Assembly (NCBI GenBank): GCA_965240325.2
Contig: OZ251223.1
Location: 248,001 to 312,000 of the forward strand
Source: Rebecca billardiae RCC1528
Lineage: Eukaryota; Protista; Haptophyta
DNA length: 64,000 nucleotides
Direction of reading: 5' to 3'
The position numbers and the translations under genes were made by a program. This document shows, piece after piece, positions 1-12,694 of the stretch. A model generated the notes under the pieces. That model saw nothing but the letters and a program-made list of their open reading frames with translations. It did not search any database and was not told the origin of the DNA. Within the stretch, counting starts at the first letter, position 1; each line of letters begins with the position of its first letter.

Positions 1-1889
1 GCGACGCGCGTGCCACCTTCCTGCTCGCGAAGCGTGCTGAAACCGGCGATGGTGTCGCCCAAGACGTGCACGAGGCTGCTCGGCTGCACAATCTCGCGGC
101 CGATCGCGGGCTGGCGGACGCGCAGGTAAGGATGGGCGAAGTGTGCACGCATGGACAGCTTGGGCAAGCCAATGACGTTGGGGAGGCCGCGCGCTGGTTC
201 AGGCTGGCTGCCGAGCAGGGCAGTGCAACTGCCCAAAACAACCTGGGCGTGTGCTACGAACGAGGCCAGGGCGTGCCGCTGGATTGCGACGAGGCTGTGC
301 GCTTGTACCGGCTGGCGGCCGGACAGGGCCAAGCAGGTGCACAGCACAACCTGGGTAAGTGCTACCAACTTGCCAAGGGCGTGCCGCAGGATTGGGTGGA
401 GGCGATGCGCTGGTACCGGCTGGCGGCCGAGCAGGGCGAAGCAGATGCACAGCTCACGCTGGGCTTGTGCTACATGGAAGGTGAGGGCGTGCCGCAGGAT
501 TGTTACGAGGCGGTGCGCTGGTCTCAGCTGGCGGCCGAGCAGGGCGACGCAGCTGCGCAGTGCGCCCTGGGCACGTGCTACGGAGATGGCAAGGGCGTGC
601 CGCAGGACTGGGCGGAGGCAATTCGCTTGTACCGGCTGGGGGCAGAGCAGGGCCATGCAGGTGCGCAGTACAAGCTGGGCATGGGCTACGCACACGCCCA
701 GGGCGTGCCGCAGGATTGGGGCGAGGCGGTGCGCTGGTACCGACTGGCGGCCGCGCAGGGCCAAAAAAGCGCGCAGTATATGCTGGGAGTGTGCTACGCA
801 TTCGGCGAGGGCGTGCAGCAGGATTGGGACGAGGCTGTGCGCTGGTACCGACTGGCTGCCGAGCAGAGCCACGCAGCTGCACAGCACAACCTCGGCAGGT
901 GCTGCAAAGAAGGCAAGGGCGTGCCGCAGGATTTTAACGAGGCGGCGCGCTGGTACCGACGGGCGGCCGAACAGGGCCACGCAGATGCACAGAACAGCCT
1001 GGGTCTGTGCTACGATCGAGGCGATGGCGTGCCACAGGATTGGAACGAGGCGGTGCGGTTGTACCGGCTGGCAGCCGAGCAGGGCGAAGCAGCTGCACAG
1101 TGCAACCTGGGCATGCGCTACGGACTAGGCGGGGGTGTGCCGCAGGATTGGGGCGAGGCGGTGCGGTGGTTCCGGCTGGCGGCCGAGCAGGGCGAAGCAG
1201 CTGCACAGTGCAACCTGGGCATGCGCTACGGACTAGGCGGGGGTGTGCCGCAGGATTGGGGCGAGGCGGTGCGGTGGTTCCGGCTGGCGGCCGAGCAGGG
1301 CGAAGCAGCTGCACAGTGCAACCTGGGCATGCGCTACGGACTAGGCGGGGGTGTGCCGCAGGATTGGGGCGAGGCGGTGCGGTGGTTCCGGCTGGCGGCC
1401 GAGCAGGGCGAAGCAGCTGCACAGTACAACCTGGGCATGCGCTACGCACGAGGGGAGGGCGTGCAGCAGGATTGGGATGAGGCAGTGCGCCTGCTTCGGC
1501 TCGCAACTGCTGGCGGCTCAGCCATCGGGCACAATCAGCTGGGAAGGCTGCTGCTGGCAGGTGAGTGTATGGAGCGCAATGTCGAGGAAGGAGCAGAGCT
1601 GCTGCGCCGTGCACTCGAGCTCGATAGCTCGTTCCACCCGAGTGCAGTCCTGGCGGATTTCGCCGGGGACGGCGAGGTGGTCTCCCAGTGCTGCATCACC
1701 TGCGGACGTACCGGCCGTGGTCTGAAGAAGTGCGAGCGATGCCTCGTGGCGGTCTTCTGCTGCCGCGAGCACCAGCGATCCGCATGGAAGGCGCACAAGC
1801 CGCACTGCCGCGTGTGGAGCGGCGCAGATTCGTCGGACTCAAGAGTGGCCGCACACACAACGGCAGGTTCCAGTACCGATGACGGATGA
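1..1889 (+). CDS. Sel1-like repeat (SLR) protein with C-terminal MYND zinc finger, 5'-truncated by the window
   Basis: More than a dozen 36-aa repeats (AQxNLGxCYxxGxGVPQDxxEAVRWYRLAAEQG). C-terminal CITC..CERCLVAVFCCREHQRSAWKAHKPHC is MYND-type. The frame is open from base 3, upstream of the listed GTG start. Confidence 0.9.
   Translation, partial: DARATFLLAKRAETGDGVAQDVHEAARLHNLAADRGLADAQVRMGEVCTHGQLGQANDVGEAARWFRLAAEQGSATAQNNLGVCYERGQGVPLDCDEAVRLYRLAAGQGQAGAQHNLGKCYQLAKGVPQDWVEAMRWYRLAAEQGEADAQLTLGLCYMEGEGVPQDCYEAVRWSQLAAEQGDAAAQCALGTCYGDGKGVPQDWAEAIRLYRLGAEQGHAGAQYKLGMGYAHAQGVPQDWGEAVRWYRLAAAQGQKSAQYMLGVCYAFGEGVQQDWDEAVRWYRLAAEQSHAAAQHNLGRCCKEGKGVPQDFNEAARWYRRAAEQGHADAQNSLGLCYDRGDGVPQDWNEAVRLYRLAAEQGEAAAQCNLGMRYGLGGGVPQDWGEAVRWFRLAAEQGEAAAQCNLGMRYGLGGGVPQDWGEAVRWFRLAAEQGEAAAQCNLGMRYGLGGGVPQDWGEAVRWFRLAAEQGEAAAQYNLGMRYARGEGVQQDWDEAVRLLRLATAGGSAIGHNQLGRLLLAGECMERNVEEGAELLRRALELDSSFHPSAVLADFAGDGEVVSQCCITCGRTGRGLKKCERCLVAVFCCREHQRSAWKAHKPHCRVWSGADSSDSRVAAHTTAGSSTDDG
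1081..1404 (+). repeat. Three apparently identical 108-bp tandem units, each encoding one Sel1 repeat
   Basis: AGGGCGAAGCAGCTGCACAGT recurs at 1081, 1189, 1297 and 1405. Confidence 0.9.
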
Positions 1890-2156
1890 GCAGGCAGTTG
1901 CATTCACTGCGAGCAGTGGCTGAGGTCACAGATTGGGCGACGACTGCCATGTGGCATGTAGATCATGACGATCATCAGAGCATGAGTCCCATGACGCAGA
2001 CCCGAGACCTGTGAGACTGAGAGCGGTGGTCACGGCACTCGCGCAAGGCCACTCCCTGTGCCAGCCTGTGGTCAGCACTTCGGACAGTCTGTTGATGGGG
2101 CAGCGTCAGGCTTAGCGCCAATGTAGCCATCACTCGGAGTAGGGCTATACTCCCGC

Positions 2157-2682
<526 letters not shown>

Positions 2683-3184
2683 CCGGGGGCCGCGGGGGAA
2701 TCCAGCCGCCGCCATCGTCTCGATCGAGCGCGCGCCTTCGGCGATACTCGGTTCCTCATAGAAAGCACGCCAAAAAGGGCCAAAACATTTCGTCGCCTCG
2801 GGCCGGCGGGGCGACCCCCCGCTGTGGGTCCGGGGGCTGGCGCCCCCGGACTTCCGGTGCAGCGGGGGGGGGGTGCTACCACCTCGCGGGGCGCCAGACG
2901 TTGCAGAGTGCAGGGGGGGTGCAACCTGATCATCGTCAGACGATACTCAGAAGGCCCCACAGAAGGGCGTGGGATGCTGTAGTCGTATTATATATATTAG
3001 TCTCAGCAGTACGTAACTTATTTGTCAATTGTCTCAATAATTGATGAGTGGCCTGTGCTGGGCCCGTGTGGGGCGGCGGCCGGCGGCTGCTCGTCTTCAG
3101 TCGCATATGATAATGCGCCCGCGCTGATCAGCATCGTCGACCACCCTTGAATAAGCAGCTACCATCAGCATCATCATCATCTCA

Positions 3185-5307
3185 TCAGTCATCGCCGAGT
3201 AGGGCTGCGCGAGCTTCCTCAGACTGGCGGAGCAGCTGGCTGACCGCGCGGCCGTAGCGCACGGGCGTGGCGCCGCACGCCGGAGAGCAGCGCCGCCCGC
3301 CCGCGCGGCGCAGCTCGCCAACCTCCGCGGGCGCGAGCGCGCGCGTGCACGCGCTCAGCCAGTCGCGCCGGCCGCCCGCGCGCGGCCGCGCGCCCGGGCT
3401 CCCGCCGTCGGCAGCGGGCGTCCGCCCGCTCGCGTTGGCCGGGCGGCGCAGCGCTGCGCGCAGCGGCTCGGTCGGCTCCCAGCAGTCCTGGTAGCAAGGG
3501 ACGTGCTCGAAGTCGCCCTTGTACGCGGGGTTGGGCGCGCGCGGCGCGTGGTGCCACGTGCGCGTGCACGTGAAGCACGACTCCTCGGGCTCGAAGAACA
3601 GCCAATCCGGCCAGCAGCCGTCGAGCTGGTTCTTGGGCGTCGTCCCGCACCGCACGCACGTGGACGAGTGCGCATGCCTGCGGTCGGACTTGAGCTCAGC
3701 CTCCAGCAGCGCCGCCTTGGCGTGGCGCAGCTGCTCGAGCTCGGCGGCGAGCGCGGCCTCGCCGAGCGCCGCGAGCCGCGCGTCCAGCGCGCGCACCGCG
3801 CGCTCGTGCAGCTGCGCGTCGAGAGATTGCATCTCGAGCAGCGGCGCGCTCAGCTCGCTGTCTGGGACGGCGGCGCACATGGCCGGCTGGAACACGCCGC
3901 CCGCGCGCGCCATCTGCTCGCGGCAGCCCCACCAGCGGCAGTTCGCGGGCGTGCGCCGGCGCGCGGGCTTGGTGCGCAGGTACTCGCCGCCCAGCCGGCT
4001 CAGCTCGCGCAGCTCGCGCACCGCCTCCGCGCGCGCGCCCGCGCCCGCCTCGAGCAGCTTGACCGCTCGGCGCGAGCAGCGCGTGATCGCGGTCTCGCGC
4101 GTGTTCGCGTTGCGCGCAACGTAGGTGAGCCCTCGCAGCCCGCCGAGGCGGCCGAGCACGGCGAGGCTCTCGTCGAAGCGCTCGAGCACGCCGACGAAGT
4201 CGAACACGCCGAGCACGCCGTCCAGGTCGCGCTGCGTGAGCGCGGTGGGCTCGCGCGCCGCCGGGTGGTTCACGTTGGCGGCCGCGAGGCCAAGCAACAT
4301 CCGCAGCTGCAGGTTCGCCACAGGCAGCCACTGGCAGAACGGCGTGAAGTCGAAGACGCGCCAGTTGTACAGCGACATCATCAGCGGCACCGGCCGGCGG
4401 ACGAAGGTCACGAGCAGCACGGGGCACACGCCGCGGTACCGCTCGCGCACGTGCGCGACCTCGCGCACCGCCTGCGCGTGGAGGCCCCACGGGTTGTGCA
4501 TCTCCACGAGGGTCCTCCGCGCGCGCGGCGGTGCTGAGAGCAGCTGCCACAGCAGCGCGTGCCACATGGGCGAGTCGAAGTGGGTGACGTAGTAGAAGCT
4601 GGCGCCGGCGAGCTGCGCCTGCCGCTGGAAGATGCTCCGCAGCGTCGTGCCCCCCGTTTTGATCGTGTGCCACACTAAGCGCGCGCGCGCGCGCGCGCGG
4701 CCAGGCGTTGGACGCGAGCGAGGCGCACGCGCGGCGCGGAGCGCGCGTGAGCACGCCTCGGGGCAGCGAGGCACGCGCACGCGCGCGGAGCGCGCGGATG
4801 CCCCCGCCCCCGTCTCACACCAGCTGCAGCCGGCCACCGCCGTCCGCACTCCCGTCCGCGCGGCGCGCCTCCCGCCCCGCGCGCGCCGCGCGCGCGCGCA
4901 CGGAAGATGACAGAGCCGTTCCGGCCGTCGTACGACATGTCGGCCGGCCGCCGCGGCGCATAGGGCGAGTGGTCGGGTACGTTCTCCGTGGGTCGCGGGG
5001 CTCGAGGGCGTGATCGCTTTGGAAGTGCGGCGTCGCGCCTCGACGTCGCGTTCCGCGCCGCGATGCTGGGACTCGCGCGCGCCGCGGCCGACACGAGCTC
5101 CGGCACGCCAGCAGGTTCAGCCGCCGACAGATCGCCCTTGCCGTCTTGGGCGAAGGCGCCGTCGTCCGCCACGCGCGGCTCGTCAGCATCCGGTGCGAAG
5201 CCTGGCACCGCCACCGCCGCCGACACCTCACGCCGCCAGAGCAGGCTCGACGCCGTCAGGCCGAGAAGCGTGCACGTCAGCGCGGCTTGCCTCCATCGAG
5301 TCGCCAT
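3185..5307 (-). CDS. Type II membrane sulfotransferase-like protein; predicted exons 5307-4902 and 4674-3185
   Basis: Splicing a GT-AG intron (4901-4675) restores VIFLWHTIKTGGTT, a 5'-PAPS-binding-like motif. Also TFVRRPVPLMMSLY (3'-PB-like) and FDFVGVLERFDESL. N-terminal hydrophobic anchor AALTCTLLGLTASSLLW. Confidence 0.75.
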
Positions 5308-5357
5308 CGTGCGCTCTCGCCCCTTGGACGTCGCGGACAAACGTTTGAACCGTTGCG

Positions 5358-5915
5358 ATGTCCGCCGCCCGCCGGCAGACGGCGTCGCAGCAGGCCGTGG
5401 TTCAGCGCGTCCGGCGCGCGCCGGTGGGTGTGCCCGTGGACAGGAAGCCCGACGTGGTGACGTACGCGTCGTTCGACTCGCCCTCCGACGAGTTCTGGGC
5501 GAACGGCCCGACCACTTCGCTCCCGTCGCGCGCGCAGCCCTTCCCGCACACGGACCTCCGCCGCCTGCAGCTGCTCGGCATGATCGACGCGATGGTGCAG
5601 TCGACGCCGCCGCCGCCGATGTACGCGCTGTACGAGGTGCTTTCGCTGCTCGAGCGCTTCCACGCAGGCTCTGCCGCCGGGCCGGACGCGCGCACAAAAG
5701 CCTCCTTCGGGGCCACCGAGTCCGCCTATGCCGGTGCCAGGGTGCCGGCCACACAGCCGGCCGCCACGAAGCGCTCGGTCACGGTGGTCACACCAGCAGC
5801 GGCTGCGCCATCATGGGGCGGAGCCACTCGTCCTGGGACGCCTGGTGCGCGTCCACAGACGCGCGGAGGCTCTCGCCGGGTGGCGAGCGCGTCGGGGCCT
5901 GGTTTCGGGCTGTGA
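5358..5915 (+). CDS. Hypothetical protein, 185 aa
   Basis: ATG-initiated ORF with GC3-rich codons like neighbouring genes. No recognisable domain. Confidence 0.45.
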   Translation: MSAARRQTASQQAVVQRVRRAPVGVPVDRKPDVVTYASFDSPSDEFWANGPTTSLPSRAQPFPHTDLRRLQLLGMIDAMVQSTPPPPMYALYEVLSLLERFHAGSAAGPDARTKASFGATESAYAGARVPATQPAATKRSVTVVTPAAAAPSWGGATRPGTPGARPQTRGGSRRVASASGPGFGL

Positions 5916-6264
5916 GTGCTGGCGCGAACCGACAGTGCCAGTGGTCCCAATTCGCGTAGTTCGACAGACAATTCGACTGCCGACGACGCAGCGGCCTGCA
6001 GACTCGGAGTGAGTCGACCGTAACTGATGATGATCGGACTGCTGTCAGCTTATACTGTGACTCAGACTCAGAGTGGCAGACTGCCCACTCGGGCTGACTC
6101 GCCAGTGCCACTCTCCGTCCCGCGTCCGGTCTCCAGTCCAATGAGTGGCTCCGCTGAGACCGCTGACCGCTGCCGACTACCCGCTAGTCGCTAACTGCTA
6201 CCGCTAGGCGCTACCGAGTAACTAGTTACCCGAGTACCGTACGGTCCGCCGTATCGGTACCGTA

Positions 6265-7455
6265 CTACGCCCCAGGCGCTGATGGCGGCGGAACTTTCAT
6301 CGACTTGGCAAAGTGCAGCATCGCGGCGTCGGCGACCAGGGACTCCGCTGGAGGCATGGCGCCGAGGCCGCTTGCCTTGCGCTTCTTGCGCTTGGCCGGC
6401 TGCAGCGCAATCGCCTGCGCGGAGGGAGGCGCCCGAGCGTCGTCGTCCCGAGCACCGACCTGGCCTCGGGGCGCCTCCGCAGCCGCCGCAGCCGCGGGCT
6501 CCCAGTTGGGCCAGTCAGCGGGCTCGAGGCCGAGCTCGGGCCACACGCGCTGCACGACCTCGCGCATGTCGGTGGGCAGCGGCGCGCGCACGCTCAGCTC
6601 CGGCGTGGGCGGCCCGGCCGGGTGCGCCACCGCCATGCTCCACGCGTGCAGCAGCGGGCGGCCGCGCATGAACGGCCCGTGTGCCGCGCGCAGCGCCTCG
6701 TTCGACTCCCAGTCGCCGTACCCGTCGTCGTTGGCGACGGGGGCGCCGAGCGCTGCGGTGTGCACGCGGATCTGGTGCTGCCGCCCGGTGAGCAGCTCGA
6801 CCGTCACCAGCGAGAGCCCGTGCGCCGCGCTGTGCGCGTGCACGTGCACCACGCTCTGCGCAGTCTTGCCCTCCAGCCCCGCCGCCTCGACCACGCGCAT
6901 CTTGCCGGGCCGGTCGGGGTCTCGTCCGATCGGCAAGCTCACGTAGATGCGGTGGGCCGGGCCGTCGTGCCGGCCGGACGGGGGCCGCGGCAGGCCGGCG
7001 AGCAGCGCGACGTACCGCTTCTTCGCCGAGCGCCCCTTGAAGTGCGCCGCGAGGTGCCGCTCGGCGCGCGGCGACTTGGCGACGAGCATCACTCCGGTCG
7101 TGCCGCGGTCGAGCCGGTGGACGATCGCCCGCGGGATGATGGAGTCCTTCTCGCCGGTGGAGGCCGTGCGCTCCTTCATCATCGCGGGCGGGATGCGCCC
7201 CTGCAGCGCGTGCACCACCGTGCCGTGGTCCCAGAACCCCGGCGACGGGTGGCACAGCAGGCCAGCCGGCTTGCTGATCACCATCACGTCGTCGTCCTCG
7301 TGAAGCGTTTTCAGCTCGTCGGGCTGGTCGGTCGGCGGGCGCGGCGGTGGCGGCGTAGCCTCGGCGGCGACGGGCTCGGCGGCGCGCTGCGCGTCCTGGC
7401 GCCGCTTGCGCTCGCGATCCCTCTTGCTCAGCCGCTTGCCCTTGCGCGACTTCAT
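6265..7455 (-). CDS. RluA/RluD-family RNA pseudouridine synthase
   Basis: KPAGLLCHP, catalytic IVHRLDRGTTG, KRYVAL, LLTGRQHQIRVH, LLHAW. Start could lie slightly upstream. Confidence 0.92.
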   Translation of the reverse strand: MKSRKGKRLSKRDRERKRRQDAQRAAEPVAAEATPPPPRPPTDQPDELKTLHEDDDVMVISKPAGLLCHPSPGFWDHGTVVHALQGRIPPAMMKERTASTGEKDSIIPRAIVHRLDRGTTGVMLVAKSPRAERHLAAHFKGRSAKKRYVALLAGLPRPPSGRHDGPAHRIYVSLPIGRDPDRPGKMRVVEAAGLEGKTAQSVVHVHAHSAAHGLSLVTVELLTGRQHQIRVHTAALGAPVANDDGYGDWESNEALRAAHGPFMRGRPLLHAWSMAVAHPAGPPTPELSVRAPLPTDMREVVQRVWPELGLEPADWPNWEPAAAAAAEAPRGQVGARDDDARAPPSAQAIALQPAKRKKRKASGLGAMPPAESLVADAAMLHFAKSMKVPPPSAPGA

Positions 7456-7764
7456 GCTGTTGGCCTTACGTCCACGCGCACAACAAGGTACAGAAGGCGG
7501 GCGCAGCGGGATTCAGCCGGCGGCCACGATGGCGGCGGCGCCAGCGCCCAACATTCCAGCAAGCCATTACCCCGGTTACCCCCATACTGAGTATTCATAC
7601 TAACCTGCGCTGGCGCATTGTAGTATCAAGGCGGCAGATCGCCATCAAGATCACCGGCGCGCAGGGCAGGCAAGCGGTGCGGAGCTGGCCTTCTTGCCCA
7701 GGCGGGTGATCCGTGGGCGGGTGGTCGCCGAGCCGAGACGGGCGCGAGGCGCGCGGGAGGCACG

Positions 7765-10700
7765 ATGACCGAGCCGCGGAGGCCGTCGCTCATGAGCATG
7801 AGCGGCATGGGCGGCTCGCTGAGCCGCCTCGGCCTCTTTGGCAGCCGGCGGGCCAAGGACCAGTCACAGTCCTCGTCGCGGCCGACGCAGTCCTCGTCGC
7901 GCCGCGTCGGCCCCGTGCAGGACCTGAGCCGGCTGCAGCAGATCGACGACCAGGTGGTGACGGAGGTGCTCATGCAGCGCTTCGCCGAGAAGAAGATGTA
8001 CACGCGCCTCGGCGACTCCATCCTGCTCACGCTCACGATCCACCAGCCGTCCGAGTCGAACTACGCGGAGGACATCAAGCAGAAGTACCGTGACAGCCAG
8101 TCGTCGGACATCGCGCCGCACCTGTACGCGCTCGCTGAGGAGGCGTACCGGCGGACGCGCGAGAAGCCCGTCGTCGTGCCCCTCCTCATGCTTGGCGAGA
8201 CCGGCTCGGGCAAGACCGAGTCGGCGAAGGAGGTGATGCGCTACCTGCTGTGGCGCGCGAACGCGCTCCCGACGGACACCGAGCGCGGCACGCCGCTCGG
8301 CCGCGCGATCAACGCGTCGTTCGTGGTGCTCGAGGCGTTCGGCAACGCGCGCACGCTCCGCGGGCACAACTCGAGCCGCTTCGGCCTCCTCCGCCGCCTC
8401 GTCGTCACGCCGACCGGCCAGCTGAGCGGCGCGTCTTACCGCATCTTTGGCTTCGACCGCTGGCGCGTCGCCGGCCCGGCGGTGGGCGAGTACAACTTCA
8501 ACGTGTTCTACACGCTGGTGGAGGGCGCGCCCGAGCAGGTGCGCGAGTCGATCGGGCTGCCCGAGCTGCGCGGCTCGCGCCAGTTCAAGGCGCTGCGCGT
8601 CGGCCAGGCGCGCGCGGGCAAGTCGACACCGCTGATGCCTGGCGTGTCCAAGCGCGACGAGGCGGCGTCCTTCGCCGCCCTCTTCGAGGCGATGGAGGTG
8701 ATGGGCGTGCCGAACGCGTCGCGGATCTCGATGCTGCGCTTCCTCGTCGCGCTCGCCCACCTGGGCAACGTCGACGCCGCGCGCATGTCCATCCACGGCG
8801 CCGCGGTGCCGGTCAGCGCGCCGGGCGCCGCCGGTCCGAGTGCGATGGCGTCCGACGCGGCGGCGGGCGCGATGGCCGCAGCCGGCACCGCGCCGCGCCG
8901 GCGGTCCGTCACGCTGACCGCGACGGCGAACGACCAGCTGGTGCGCCGCGTGGCGCAGATGTTCGAGCTCGACCCGGACTCGCCCGCGGGCAACCTCCGC
9001 GCCGCGCTCCTCGGCCGCTCCGTGATGCTCCGCGGCGAGTCGGTCTCGATCCCGCACTCGGCCGAGCAAGCGGAGTGGTGCAAGCGCCAGCTGATGTGCG
9101 CGCTGTACGAGCTGGTGTTCCGCTGGCTGGTGGGCAACGCGAACGCGGAGTGGGCGGCGACCGACCTGAGCGTCGACGGCCCGATCAAGCGCACCTTCGG
9201 CCCGCGCAACCCCGCCAAGGGCTCGTTCATCGACGTATACGACATGCCCGGCTTCGAGGCGCTTGCGTACCCGGGTACACACAACGGCCTTGAGCAGCTG
9301 TGCGCCAACACGCTGGCGGAGCTGATGCAGGCGCACTTCGTGCGCGACACGTTCGTCGAGCGGAAGGCGGTGTACACGGCGGAGAACCTCCCGCCGCTGC
9401 CCGAGGAGGCGAGCGCCACGCCCAACCACGACGCGGGCCGGCTGAGCGCGATGCTGCGCGGCTCTCCGGACGGCGTGTTTGCGCTGCTGAATGAGAGCAC
9501 CGCCTCCTTCGGCGGCGACGCGGAGGTGGCGGCGGCGAACTTCGCGTCGGCGGTGAACGACCACCACTCGGGCGGCTTTGCGATCCGGCTGCCCGCGCGC
9601 GAGTCCGACGTCGAGGTGCTCTTCACCGTGCGCCACTACGCGAAGGAGGTCGCATACTTTGCGCGCGACTTTTGCGTACGCAACAACGCGGCGCTGCCGG
9701 CACACATCGCCAAGGTGCTCTCGCGCTCGAGCGCGCCGCTGATGCGCGAGCTGCTGCAGCTCGACCCGGGCGTGGTGCAGTGGGAGCCGAGCGGCGGGCG
9801 CGACGGCGCCGCCGTCGGCTTCGGCTTCGGCTCGGACGGCGGCGCGGGCGCGATGCGCGCGGCCGACCTCGCGACGACGACGCGACGCGGCTTCATCGCC
9901 GACAAGGCGCACGCTCCGCCGCTCGGGTACATCGGGTACTCGGACCGGTTCGAGCGCGAGCTGCGCGCGCTGGAGAAGCAGCTCGCGCTCGCCGCGCCGA
10001 CCACCACGCTCTTCGTCGTGTGCATCAAGTCCGCGCCGCTCATCCACGTCGCGCAGGGCGCGGACCGCACGACGGTGCTGCGCGGCGTGCGCGCGCGCGG
10101 GCTCGGGCTCGCGACCAAGCTCGTGGCGCACTCGTGGTCGCGCTCGATCGAGTACTCGTGGCTGCACCTGCGGCTGTCGGCGGAGCTGCGCAAGCAGCGC
10201 GGGCTCGACTGGCGCACCGCCTCCACGCTGCGCACCTTCAACACCAAGGACTTCGCCCTGCTCCTCGTGCGCGCGTACGAGGTGCCGGAGCACCAGCACG
10301 CGCTCGGCAAGACAAAGCTGTGGCTGCGCGGCCCGCGCGGCAACCTCTTCTACGCGCTGGTGAGCTCGGAGCTGGTGGAGTGCCTCCCGCCGCTCAAGAC
10401 GGCGCTGCTCGAGTTCTCCAAGCGGCGCCAGTCGCTCGAGCTCCTCGGCCCCTGGCTCCTCGCCTACCGCGAGCGCGTGCGCTTCCAGCAGGTGAAGCGC
10501 GCGGCGATCCAAATCCAGGCGCACGCGCGCGCGGCGCGCGCACGCAAGCAGCACCAGCTGCAGCTGGAGGAGCGCGAGCGCGGCAAGCCGGTGCACCGGC
10601 TGGGGGTGGTGGCGAAGCGGTTCGGGCTGCACTCGCACCGCACGATGACCAAGCTCTTCGGCATCGAGCACAGCCGCGAGGACGCCGCCGTCGAGCGGCG

Positions 10701-12627
10701 CGCCAAGCGGCTGCGCTCGCAGATCGACCGCCGATCGTCGACGCTCGTGACGACGGCGGTCGGCAGCGCGTTCAGTAAGCTGGAGAAGGCGGCGATGATG
10801 AACGAGGTGGAGCGGCGGTGGCAGTCGCTGGTGGAGCAGACGCTCGCGCGCGCGCGCGCCGAGGAGCGCGAGTACCAGATGCTCAACACCTACCTCTCGC
10901 GCTCGCGCTCGATGGCGCGCGACACGTTTGGCGGCGGCGGCGCGGACGAGGAGGCGGGGCGCGCGTCGCTCGCCGGCCGTTACAAGGGGCTGCGCCGGCG
11001 CGGCAGCTCGACGCTGTACCGGCCCGAGGCGGCCGAGGAGGCGCAGCAGCGCAAGCAGCTCGGCGTGCTCATCGGCGGCAAGACCATCGTCGCCCTCGAG
11101 ACCGAGCTCACCATGCACAACACGTCGAGCACGCGCCGCAAGCAGATTGCCGCCGAGCTCGAGTCGACCGCGTTCCGCACCGGTCTGCGCGAGATCGTGC
11201 GGTACATCATCTTCCTCGCGCTGTTCCTCGCGCAGCTGTTCCAGTACTCGCTGCGCGAGGGGAACGACGTGCAGCGGCTGCTCCGCCGCGCGCTGCACGC
11301 GCGCGAGCCCGACGCCTTCCGCATGCTCGCGTCGATCGAGCAGACGTGGGAATGGCTGGAGGGAACTTTCCCGGAACGGGTCTTCCGCCCGCCCGGCTCC
11401 AACACCGACTCGATCGGCCGCGTGCTGCGGATGCACTCGCTGATCGGCGCGGTGCGCGTGCAGCAGGAGCGCGGCGTGGTCTCGAAGGAGTGCGTGCCGC
11501 CCATGTACAACGACGCCATGGTCGGCGTGTGCTACCCCGGGTTCACCGGACTCACGTACTTCGACCACGTCTCCAACCCGCGCTCGACGCTCGTCGATGA
11601 CCCGAGCCGGTGGGAGCGCTCGCTCGAGCCGTTCGGGTACGGCATGGGCTTCACGCCGACGGAGGTGGAGGAGGACCGGATGCTCCGGCGCGTGCGCCGC
11701 ACCTACTTCATCCGCGACCTGCCCTCCGACCTCACCTCCGAGCAGGCGCTCGACGCGCTGATCCGGCTCAAGCGCGGCAACTGGATCGACGTGCAGACGC
11801 GCCGCGTGGACATCCTCTTCACGCTGTACACGCCGAGCGTGCGGGTCTTCACGGCGGTGGACCTGCAGCTGCGCTTCCCCGAGACGGGCGGCGTGCAGGC
11901 GTACTCGTACTACAAGCAGTTCCTCATCGACCGGCACTGGCTCGTCTTCGACCGCGAGAACACGCTGCTCTTCCCCGCGGAGCCGGCCGACTGGGCGATG
12001 CTGGGCGCGGAGATCATGTTCTACTACCTGGTGGCGATGCAGCTGTACCGCGAGCTGCGCGCGCTGCGGATGCTCGGCGCGGAGGAGTACTTCAGCAACG
12101 CGTGGGCCGCGATCGAGCTCGTCAACATGGCCCTCTTCGCCGTCACCTGCGCGCTGCGCGTGCGCCAGATCGAGATGATGCGCGCCAAGGACTGGGCGGC
12201 AGACGTGGACGAGTTTGTGGACTTGCTCTCGATCGGAGAGATCCGCTACTTTGTGCAGTGGCTCACGGCGATGAACGCGCTGCTCTCGTTCATGAAGATC
12301 TTCAAGTACCTGACGATCTCGCCCAACCTCTCGATGCTCAACTCGACGCTCTCGCACGCCGCCGAGGAGCTCGTCACCTTCATCATCCTCTTCATCTTCG
12401 TCTTCCTCGCGTTCATGCAGGCGTTCACGATCGCCTTCTCGACGCAGCTCGCGTCGTGTCAGGATCTGATCGCTTCGTTCAACACGCTCTGGCTGATCGT
12501 GATCGGCGTGTTCGACTTCGTCGCGTTCCAGGAGGCGTCGCCCGAGTTCGGGCCGTACCTCTTCTTCATGTTCGTCATCATCATCTTCTTCATCTTCATC
12601 AACGTCTTCATCGCGATCGTCACCGGT

Positions 12628-12694
<67 letters not shown>

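Noticed and set aside
1081-1440. CRISPR-like regular repeats
   Set aside because: Contiguous 108-bp coding units with no unique spacers, no cas genes and a eukaryotic context.
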